A stretch of 64,000 bases of DNA from a virus (taxonomy: Duplodnaviria; Caudoviricetes), in IMG/VR virus record IMGVR_UViG_3300027278_000012, positions 1 to 64,000 of that record. The stretch is one strand, 5' to 3'. Under the pieces are notes generated by a model. The model had not been told where the DNA came from. It worked only from the letters and a program-made list of their open reading frames with translations, and did not search any database. Both the position numbers and the translations under genes were made by a program. Shown here in pieces: positions 56,621 to 64,000 of this stretch (position 1 is the stretch's first letter; each line of letters starts with the position of its first letter).

Positions 56621-56766
56621 AATGTTTCTTTATAAATTTTATCAATTACTTCCTCAAACTTTTTAGTTTGTTTCAGTCCTATTTTCTTAATAAGTTTAGT
56701 AATATTAATACTGGTCTCATCAAAATAATTACGTAATGCTTCAGCTTCTTCTTTTGTTAGTGTCAT
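56617..56766 (-). CDS. Small hypothetical protein (49 aa), missing from the ORF track
   Basis: MTLTKEEAEALRNYFDETS...; ATGA-coupled. Confidence 0.6.
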   Translation of the reverse strand: MTLTKEEAEALRNYFDETSINITKLIKKIGLKQTKKFEEVIDKIYKETL

Positions 56767-56993
56767 AATGTTTGTTTAAATGCTTCTATAATTTGTGGGT
56801 AAAGAGCTCTTACCTCCCTTGGTACTCTTGAGAAAAACCATCTCACCTCTAGTTCATACTGATCTCCATTTGAATCTAGTCCTTGTGGATGTATTAACCA
56901 GAAATAATGATATTTACCTTCATGCTCTACGTGGCCCTCATGCCATATTTCAGAGAATGAGGGAGTCTTGTTGATTGTTATTGCGTTAGTCAT
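56763..56993 (-). CDS. Hypothetical protein
   Basis: Intact coupled ORF. Confidence 0.6.
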   Translation of the reverse strand: MTNAITINKTPSFSEIWHEGHVEHEGKYHYFWLIHPQGLDSNGDQYELEVRWFFSRVPREVRALYPQIIEAFKQTL

Positions 56994-57399
56994 CTATTGT
57001 TATACTATTAATTATACGATAAGTTAATTCTTCTATTATTATATTCTCTAACCATGGAGCAATTCTACCTCCCAAGTCTTTTAGAATATTTGCAAGATGA
57101 GTATTTGACATATCAGCTATAGATTTGTATGACAATGGTGATCTACCATCTTTACCTCTATTACCCCAATGAGCAGCACTTCTATTCATCTCATGATCAT
57201 CTGATAGATATATTGTAGAACTAGCATCAACTAAATCTAGATCTTTTCCTCCATAACGTTGATACTCTGTACCACCATCTACCATTGTTTCATTCTCACA
57301 TTCACATGTTTTGTAATCATGTCTGTTATATGATGTGAGAACTTCTCCACAGTTTTTACACTGTACTCTGTTGAGTATTATTTGTTTTACTTCATTCAT
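56986..57399 (-). CDS. Zn-binding phage protein (DUF7695-like)
   Basis: CKNCGEVLTSYNRHDYKTCEC...VDGG..Y.RYGG. Confidence 0.65.
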   Translation of the reverse strand: MNEVKQIILNRVQCKNCGEVLTSYNRHDYKTCECENETMVDGGTEYQRYGGKDLDLVDASSTIYLSDDHEMNRSAAHWGNRGKDGRSPLSYKSIADMSNTHLANILKDLGGRIAPWLENIIIEELTYRIINSITIDD

Positions 57400-57727
57400 G
57401 ATTCAAGTTTTTTAAGTCTTCATCAATTCTTCTTAAAAATGATTCATCACCATCATCTCCTGATAATAACCAATCCATTCTATGCATATAGAGTTGTGCT
57501 TTTTTAATCATCATTGAAGAAACTTTAAACTGTTCAATCACTTCATCAGAATATTTATAATGAAACTTATCTTCAGGATATTTCTCATACCATTCATCAT
57601 CACACCATCTTTCTTCTTTGAGTTCTTCTTCAGTTTTAGGTTGACCATTTTTTTCAATTAATTTATCTATATCCTCTGCTACATCAGTAAGTCTATACTG
57701 TAAGTAGTCCCAATGTCCTCCGCTCAT
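57392..57727 (-). CDS. Conserved phage hypothetical protein (MSGGHWDY type)
   Basis: MSGGHWDY...DWLLSGDDGDESF. Confidence 0.6.
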   Translation of the reverse strand: MSGGHWDYLQYRLTDVAEDIDKLIEKNGQPKTEEELKEERWCDDEWYEKYPEDKFHYKYSDEVIEQFKVSSMMIKKAQLYMHRMDWLLSGDDGDESFLRRIDEDLKNLNHE

Positions 57728-57730
57728 AAT

Positions 57731-57829
57731 TTATTTGTTTTGTTTATTACAGGTTTTACATTTTAGTGTCTCTGGATCAAAGTTTCTCTCTGTCTTACAC
57801 TTGTCACAATATTGATATAATGTTATCAT
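57731..57829 (-). CDS. 32-aa zinc-ribbon peptide, missing from the ORF track
   Basis: MITLYQYCDKCKTERNFDPETLKCKTCNKQNK; ATGA-coupled. Confidence 0.6.
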   Translation of the reverse strand: MITLYQYCDKCKTERNFDPETLKCKTCNKQNK

Positions 57830-58215
57830 ATCTTCTTCTTTTTAGCTTGTTTCTCTTTTAAAGTTTTCTTATCATGGCAGGTCATACATAGCACCTGAAG
57901 GTTATCTTGTTCACAGAACAATCTCTCCACAAATAGTGGTAGGTCTTGTGATGTGTTTAAACTTCCTGCAGGAATGATATGATCTACATTAATATTTTTT
58001 TCAGTAGTCCAAGTTTTGCACTTGTTGCATTGATATTCATATTTCTGACGCTTACTAGGTCCTTTGTAATCTCTGCGTGCATTTAATTTACATACTGATA
58101 TGGGCTTCCACCATCTACTCTTCTGTCTCAAAGCACTTCTTATGAAGCTCCAGAAGGCTGCCTCACTCATTGTACCATTGCATCTTGTCTTTGGGACTAA
58201 CACTCTCTTTGCCAT
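57826..58215 (-). CDS. HNH endonuclease
   Basis: YQCNKC...NVDHII...NLQVLCMTCHDKKT. Confidence 0.85.
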   Translation of the reverse strand: MAKRVLVPKTRCNGTMSEAAFWSFIRSALRQKSRWWKPISVCKLNARRDYKGPSKRQKYEYQCNKCKTWTTEKNINVDHIIPAGSLNTSQDLPLFVERLFCEQDNLQVLCMTCHDKKTLKEKQAKKKKI

Positions 58216-58248
58216 ATTATTATAATTAAGTTATGTCGCAAATGTAAT

Positions 58249-58659
58249 CTAAATTTGTGAATTATTTATGTAGTTAATTGCTGATGTTAATATTGAAATA
58301 TCATCATTAGAAACTCCTAGTAATATATTACACTTAGTACACAATAGTCCTCTAACTTTTCCAGTAGTGTGACAATGGTCAATATACAATCCACCATGTT
58401 TTGATACTGTAGAATGTTCTATATTACATATCTTACATTTTTTATCTTGAGCAATGTATAAACTTTCTACTTCTTCTAAAGTTAAATTATATTTATTCAG
58501 TATTCCCCTATTTCTACTTTTTACATAGTCATAAGAACTCTTTTTCTGAATACTATTACAAGATTTACAGTAATGATGAACTCCATGCTTTCCAACTTTA
58601 TTTTTATGAAAGTCAGTCAGTTGTTTTTCTTCTTTACATTTACTACATATTTTTTTCAT
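58249..58659 (-). CDS. Endonuclease VII-like (homing) endonuclease
   Basis: CKIC...IDHCHTTGKVRGLLCTKCNILLG. ATG at 58659 (MKKICSKC) is the probable start; the track extends it to 58689. Confidence 0.85.
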   Translation of the reverse strand: MKKICSKCKEEKQLTDFHKNKVGKHGVHHYCKSCNSIQKKSSYDYVKSRNRGILNKYNLTLEEVESLYIAQDKKCKICNIEHSTVSKHGGLYIDHCHTTGKVRGLLCTKCNILLGVSNDDISILTSAINYINNSQI

Positions 58660-58776
58660 AATGATATATTTAAACAATAAAGATAACATACTCTTGTGAC
58701 AAATTGCGACAAAAGTATGTTAAATTTATGTTAAATAATCAATTACAAATTTGCGACACAACTGTAATTAATTTTA

Positions 58777-60291
58777 CTACTTAATCGTATTCACACGATT
58801 AGTAATCTTGGCTTTCATTTCATTAAGATTCAACACAATAGCATTGATCTCAGCTGCTGATATAGAAGGCATGTTAAACTCATGTTTCTTAGCTTCAGTT
58901 GCAAATCCTTCTTTCGCTTTTTCAGCTAAGCTTTCCAATTCACGAATAGCATATTGCTCATCCAATTGTAAGAAATCAAAGCTTCTATCGTTCATGATTT
59001 GATCTGCTTCAGCAACAGTGGTTAACATGAATGGAAGATATTCCCAACATCTACCTTTCTCTGTACCAATACCTACCACCTTCATAGGATTATGAAGAGT
59101 CATAACAGTGGTGTCACCACAAAGAACATAAGGAGCTGTATAACCTGCAAAGTGTAATCCTGCTGTAGCACAATCTTGTGTACTCCAGTTACATTCTTCT
59201 TTAGGCATACTAACAACTTGTCCCACACGAATATCAAATGTTCTAGTCCAGTTATCAGTGAATCTATTTTCTTCTCTATTAGGAAGATCTAGATAGATTT
59301 CTGTAAGTGTACCAATTCTTTGTCCATGGTCTATAGGCCATTCTTCATTATAAGTGTATTCTGCCACTTCTCCTGTTCCATCACATCTTTCACACTCTAC
59401 CCATTCTCCATCTTCCCATGCATCTTCATCTTCCCATCCACCATCACCTAAGCAATCAGGACATGTGGTTGTTGTATGAGGTTCAATCTTGGTTAGATTA
59501 TCTTTATGTACAAGTTTGTATTCTCCTTCTTCTAAGAAGATTGTATAATCATCTGGGTTCTTCTTCCACACAGCTTTCACTTTGTTGTAAGCATTACTTA
59601 CAAAGTATACAAGCTCTGGTGAACCATGAAGTGTTACAACATTTCTAAGAGCTACAAAGAATCCTTGTTTAGTAATCTTGAAACTATTGTCTGTTAAGAA
59701 TCTGTATAGTTCGTTAGCAACCTCAGCTCTTGGATTAAGACAACACCACATGAAGAAGTTCTTATGGGCCATGTAATCATCATCTTCATTCAATGAATCA
59801 GGAGTAAAACCAAATCCTTTGTGATATTTAACTCTATCAACTATCTCAATGAATTTCTCTACAAGTAATTGAGGCATACTTCTAGATGTTCCTGTTAGAT
59901 AAACAGAATTACCCTCTACAGTGAAATCAGGAAGATCACCAAGCAATTGAATTCCTTTCTGTAGAGCTTGTATTCTCGCTGCTTCAGCTTTTGCTTTTTC
60001 TACATCAGCTGCAACATCTTTAGAACCTATAATAGCATGTATTTCATGTGCACTTTTTGCTTCAATGATTGCATAGTAATCATCTTCTGTTGCTCCAGGT
60101 TTACTAAGTACAGTCCCATCAGTTAACACTACAGTGAGTGTGTCATTAGCTAATTGAATTCTAAGATAGGGTTTTACCCTTGGAGTTTCCTCTTCTTGCA
60201 TTAAACTCTCTAGCTTTTCAGCTACCACTTTAGTAATTGCAGATTCTGCTGTTTGCTTGAACCAGTCAAGACTTAAAAATTTGTTTTCCAT
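58777..60291 (-). CDS. rIIB: rIIB-like protein with an inserted DnaJ-type zinc-binding loop
   Basis: LNP...ELYRFL...ITKQGFFVALRNV and VGQVVSMP...CATAGLH; located downstream of rIIA. Confidence 0.75.
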   Translation of the reverse strand: MENKFLSLDWFKQTAESAITKVVAEKLESLMQEEETPRVKPYLRIQLANDTLTVVLTDGTVLSKPGATEDDYYAIIEAKSAHEIHAIIGSKDVAADVEKAKAEAARIQALQKGIQLLGDLPDFTVEGNSVYLTGTSRSMPQLLVEKFIEIVDRVKYHKGFGFTPDSLNEDDDYMAHKNFFMWCCLNPRAEVANELYRFLTDNSFKITKQGFFVALRNVVTLHGSPELVYFVSNAYNKVKAVWKKNPDDYTIFLEEGEYKLVHKDNLTKIEPHTTTTCPDCLGDGGWEDEDAWEDGEWVECERCDGTGEVAEYTYNEEWPIDHGQRIGTLTEIYLDLPNREENRFTDNWTRTFDIRVGQVVSMPKEECNWSTQDCATAGLHFAGYTAPYVLCGDTTVMTLHNPMKVVGIGTEKGRCWEYLPFMLTTVAEADQIMNDRSFDFLQLDEQYAIRELESLAEKAKEGFATEAKKHEFNMPSISAAEINAIVLNLNEMKAKITNRVNTIK

Positions 60292-60306
60292 TTTGTTTTT
60301 ATTTAT

Positions 60307-62607
60307 TTAGTTTATTAATTGTTCAATACTTACTTCGTCTAACACTTCATCATTTATTCTAATTTTATAATTCTCAAGATTCACTCTATGTTTGTGATAT
60401 TTGAACAAGTCAGTCATCAAGCTACATAATGGATCTTCAGCGTTAAAATAACCCATTCTTGAACACAAAGGATTCAAGAAATACAATTTATCAAGCAAAG
60501 CTTTCATCTCTAGATACTCTGTGTATATCAATGGATCAAATAGATTATGATCTTGTGCTACAGATAACATTGATTTAACTAATGCTGGATCACTTGTTAC
60601 ATAATTCAAACGCTTATATTGAACTAGCTTCTCTAGTTTATCAGCTAGATCTTTAGAAGTGTAAGCAATCATTTTTGCTTTATCAAATACATATCTATTT
60701 CTTTCAATCAGCTCATATACTAGCACTGATGTAATCATTCTTTTGAATGGTGCATTCTTTCCTTCCATAAATTTATCATATGATATTAAATTGTGTATCT
60801 CTAATTGGTTAACTATCTTTAATTCTCTATCTGAAAATGTAACCACTTCCATCACTTGTTTTTGCATCATTGCATAAAGAGAATCAAGTTTCAATGAATC
60901 TTCATGTTTAGCATATACAATCACTTGTTTACGTTTGTGTAACTCTTCCAGTTTATACAATTGAGAATCAAATTTACAGTTTCTACCATTACTATATCTA
61001 GCCAATGGAACACCTTTCTTACATATAATCTCTCCTTGAATCTTAAGTCTTTTACCACTAGCTACACCAGCTGTACTAACTTTCACTTTCTTTCTACCAT
61101 CAATAAATGATTGTGACACAGTAATTGCATCTAGATCAATGAAGTTTGCTTCAATAAGAGATAGAACATATTGATATTCCTTAATCACTTGTCTCCATTC
61201 ATGTCTTTTATACTGATGTAATTGTAATCTGTGGTAGTAAGTGTCTGAATCATAACTGCTAGGTTTACCTAGCTTCATAGGTTTATTTCGTTTAACAAAA
61301 CATTGCTGAACATCTGTTCTGCATATAGATTTCATATAGTCTTTCTTCAATTGAGAAATTCTATCTTCATATAAATACACATTAACCTTACCATTACATA
61401 TATTCTCTACGTTATACCCCCAACTATAATGCTTAGTAGCATCTTTCATCTTCTTATCCTTCAATGTGAATTTAAGAACATATGCACTATCTAGCATATG
61501 TGACTTAGTTCTACCATATATAGCAGGGAAATCTAATAGAGTTACACCTTTTAGTTCTGGGACAGCTGCTTTAATAGTGGCATATTTAATCAAAGGACTA
61601 ATGCTGAGTGTTTTATTATTTGTCATTTCAACAAAATGTCCATTCTTCTCCAAGTAATTAATCATAGATTTGATATCATCACTCTTGATTACAGTTTCAT
61701 TATACTTACCAATGAAATAATCTGCTACCTGTGCAAGTTTTTTCTTGATGATGTCTTTAGCCTCTTGTGTATATCTCAATGATTCTCTATTTGGTGTAGG
61801 AAACAATCCATCAGTTAAAGAGAATCTAAGAGCTAGAGGAAACTCAAGTCTGTCTATACCAAGTTTCTCAAAGTCTAGTGGATAATATACATTGTCTAAG
61901 CAGATGTGTAATCTAGTATCTGTAGACATTTCAGAGAATTGAAAATGTGGATGTCTGGATATTACAAAATCATTATTAATAGATGAATCTTCTGGTACAT
62001 CAAAATACACACTCTCGAAATAACACAATTGTTCTTTAATCTTTCTTTGGAAGTTATACTTATCACCATACTTAACAGGAATAATAATCTTTACACCATT
62101 AGCTTCTGTTGTTTCTGTTTCATACAAAAGATCAATAGTGTTAGTGTCTTCTCCTTCATACATCATATACTTACGTTCCATACCATCTTTTCTACATACA
62201 AAATAGAAACTAGAACTATATGCTAGAGGAGCCTTGAAGCCCAATCCCATCATACCTAATTCTGTAGCACTATTTCGTTTTGTACTCTTACCATACTTAC
62301 TAATGATGTTACGTACATCATCAGCATCTAGGCCTATACCAAAATCTTCTACACAAAACTCATAATTATTATATGATGCAGCTTTTAATGAAACCACAAT
62401 TGGTGTGTCCACACCAGCTCTTCTATGACTATCAAGAGCATTACTTGCGCATTCTCTAATAGCTGAGCCTATATCATCAGAATATAAATTCTTACTTAAC
62501 ATCTGCATCAATATCTGTGCAGAATCTAAGTCTAAGGACATACCAATACTTTCTTGTGTTTGTCCTTCTGTTAGGACGTGTGCTTCTGTCTGTTTTTCTA
62601 ATATCAT
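60307..62607 (-). CDS. rIIA: rIIA-like protein with an N-terminal GHKL (HSP90-like) ATPase
   Basis: LYSD...AIRECASNALDSH...EDFGIGL...GKSTK...GMMGLGFKAP. Confidence 0.8.
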   Translation of the reverse strand: MILEKQTEAHVLTEGQTQESIGMSLDLDSAQILMQMLSKNLYSDDIGSAIRECASNALDSHRRAGVDTPIVVSLKAASYNNYEFCVEDFGIGLDADDVRNIISKYGKSTKRNSATELGMMGLGFKAPLAYSSSFYFVCRKDGMERKYMMYEGEDTNTIDLLYETETTEANGVKIIIPVKYGDKYNFQRKIKEQLCYFESVYFDVPEDSSINNDFVISRHPHFQFSEMSTDTRLHICLDNVYYPLDFEKLGIDRLEFPLALRFSLTDGLFPTPNRESLRYTQEAKDIIKKKLAQVADYFIGKYNETVIKSDDIKSMINYLEKNGHFVEMTNNKTLSISPLIKYATIKAAVPELKGVTLLDFPAIYGRTKSHMLDSAYVLKFTLKDKKMKDATKHYSWGYNVENICNGKVNVYLYEDRISQLKKDYMKSICRTDVQQCFVKRNKPMKLGKPSSYDSDTYYHRLQLHQYKRHEWRQVIKEYQYVLSLIEANFIDLDAITVSQSFIDGRKKVKVSTAGVASGKRLKIQGEIICKKGVPLARYSNGRNCKFDSQLYKLEELHKRKQVIVYAKHEDSLKLDSLYAMMQKQVMEVVTFSDRELKIVNQLEIHNLISYDKFMEGKNAPFKRMITSVLVYELIERNRYVFDKAKMIAYTSKDLADKLEKLVQYKRLNYVTSDPALVKSMLSVAQDHNLFDPLIYTEYLEMKALLDKLYFLNPLCSRMGYFNAEDPLCSLMTDLFKYHKHRVNLENYKIRINDEVLDEVSIEQLIN

Positions 62608-62608
62608 G

Positions 62609-62974
62609 TTATATAAATTTAATTTGTTCTAAAATTTGTTTTGATTCTATATATCTATTTAAGTCTTCTGGATCTGTAAATAAACTCTCTGGGTTTTCTA
62701 TTTTCATCACTCTCCATTTCCAATTATTTACATATGATTTTGCTATCCAGTTTTTATTAAACTCTTCTGAATTAGCTTTCTCATGATCTCTATATGCTGC
62801 ATCAGCTTTCACTCTGTTATAATGATCTAAAGATGTAGTAGGCCAATGTGTTTCAAAATATTGTAATGTATTTTTACCTTCTCCACAATACCAACCAAGT
62901 GTAAGTCCACCTGAATAACTAATAACTATAAAGTCTCCTATTTTAAGATCACCTCCATAATTTACTGTTCTCAT
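62609..62974 (-). CDS. Hypothetical protein
   Basis: Intact coupled ORF. Confidence 0.6.
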   Translation of the reverse strand: MRTVNYGGDLKIGDFIVISYSGGLTLGWYCGEGKNTLQYFETHWPTTSLDHYNRVKADAAYRDHEKANSEEFNKNWIAKSYVNNWKWRVMKIENPESLFTDPEDLNRYIESKQILEQIKFI

Positions 62975-63315
62975 ATTGTTTCTCTTTTTACTAACCAGAT
63001 TTGTTTAAAGTTTAAGTCAAATTTCTCAACAGGACTATCCTCTTCAGGAGCTTCTATTTTATAACTCTTTATATCATATGTATAAGGAACACTTTGTCTT
63101 AATACACTATCCCATTTTTGACCTTGTCCTTGTCTGATAGTTACATTAACTCTACATTTTACACTTATGTATCTTTCATCAAGTGGTCTCCATTTATGCA
63201 CCACTTTACTCTTTCTAGGAACTTCCACCAATTTTAAATACTTAGGCTGTTGCGTAAGTGTTAAGATTTCATCTCCTATTTCAAGCTCTTCTATCTTTAT
63301 TAATTGATTTTCCAT
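62971..63315 (-). CDS. Hypothetical protein
   Basis: Intact coupled ORF. Confidence 0.6.
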   Translation of the reverse strand: MENQLIKIEELEIGDEILTLTQQPKYLKLVEVPRKSKVVHKWRPLDERYISVKCRVNVTIRQGQGQKWDSVLRQSVPYTYDIKSYKIEAPEEDSPVEKFDLNFKQIWLVKRETI

Positions 63316-63320
63316 ATTGT

Positions 63321-63638
63321 TTAACTTAATAATGATACTTTTTCTAATAATTGTTTAGTTGCTCTAGCAACCATTTTATCTTTAACAGACTTAGATATTC
63401 CTGCTATAAGTCCTTTTTCTACATGATATAATGATACGTGATTAAATGTTTCTGGTGTTTTAGAACCATTTCTATCTGCTGTCCATTTATCTACTGTATA
63501 GACATGATCTCCACTATAATCTCCATTATCTACAAGAAACTTTGTTATTTGTTCTCTTATACTTTTTGTAAATTCGCTGATCTTAGTATTTACTTTTTCT
63601 TCAATCAATCTGTCTAATTGTCCTGTTGTTTCTGCCAT
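63321..63638 (-). CDS. Hypothetical protein
   Basis: Intact ORF. Confidence 0.6.
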   Translation of the reverse strand: MAETTGQLDRLIEEKVNTKISEFTKSIREQITKFLVDNGDYSGDHVYTVDKWTADRNGSKTPETFNHVSLYHVEKGLIAGISKSVKDKMVARATKQLLEKVSLLS

Positions 63639-63657
63639 GTTTTCTATTTGTTTTAAA

Positions 63658-63900
63658 TTAATCTACTATCCCTCCTTTATAATAATTTTCAATTGTATTA
63701 TGTTTTGGTAAAAATTCTTTTCTATATCTTTCACTAACATCTTTATCTACAATAATATAATGACTTCCATTACAATATTTTAAGCTGTTGTTAGCATCAT
63801 AGAATTTAACAAAAGACTCTTCTGTATCAGGCCATTCTTCTGTTCTAGCTAATTCTGATTTTGCTCCTCCATAAGGAGAATTCCAATATTCTATTTTCAT
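63658..63900 (-). CDS. Hypothetical protein
   Basis: Intact ORF. Confidence 0.6.
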   Translation of the reverse strand: MKIEYWNSPYGGAKSELARTEEWPDTEESFVKFYDANNSLKYCNGSHYIIVDKDVSERYRKEFLPKHNTIENYYKGGIVD

Positions 63901-63909
63901 ATTGTTAAA

Positions 63910-64000
63910 TTAAAAAGGTACATCTATTGGCACCCATTGAACACTAAATCCGTTATTTTCTTCTAATAGTATGTCCACTTTACTGAACACACCCTCTGTA
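63910..64000 (-). CDS. 3' end of a gene truncated by the window edge
   Basis: Open frame ...TEGVFSKVDILLEENNGFSVQWVPIDVPF-stop. Confidence 0.5.
   Translation of the reverse strand, partial: TEGVFSKVDILLEENNGFSVQWVPIDVPF

Noticed and set aside
56275-56622. 115-aa + strand ORF in the track
   Set aside because: It lies antisense to three ATGA-coupled - strand genes that tile the region.
1-64000. Stop-codon reassignment (TAG/TGA), as in some crAss-like phages
   Set aside because: The long genes, including the 13-kb RNAP, are uninterrupted in the standard code, and TAG/TGA end genes at sensible points such as ATGA overlaps.
1-64000. DGR template repeat, reverse transcriptase, tRNA genes, integrase, inteins
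   Set aside because: None recognised by eye in this window; a computational scan could still find weak cases.

Overview
AT-rich fragment of a large crAss-like (Crassvirales-type) phage genome. The host is probably in Bacteroidota: there are TTTG-N19/20-TAnnTTTG promoters, A-rich leaders without Shine-Dalgarno motifs, and many TAATG/ATGA gene overlaps. The + strand (1-47.1 kb) is the late/virion arm. It carries a tail protein split into two ORFs, cargo/ejection proteins, a 4376-aa virion RNA polymerase (DFDID motif, HExxH zincin motif, C-terminal AlkB domain), a PD-(D/E)xK nuclease-bearing ejection protein, a Gly-Thr-Ser-repeat fibre, a lysis cassette, poly-Thr proteins and small Lys-rich proteins. 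The - strand (47.2-64 kb) is the early/middle arm: GT-A glycosyltransferases, GroES, thioredoxin, PhoH, MazG-like, dNMP kinase, RecA, nucleases and rIIA/rIIB. Four signals stand out. (1) A candidate phage-encoded cytoplasmic protein O-glycosylation system: a GT4-TibC/AAH-type heptosyltransferase fusion, a plant SERGT/HPAT-like transferase and two GT2-like enzymes, next to many signal-peptide-less Ser/Thr-repeat proteins. (2) A FISUMP-domain gene whose 3' end has the codon signature of a DGR variable region, with no template repeat or RT in the window. (3) An AlkB domain fused to the virion RNAP. (4) A short [AMFYL]-x-x-G(G) / KKAQ[TS]G motif shared by cargo proteins and small basic proteins 37 kb apart. 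All family assignments come from recalled motifs; no database search was run.
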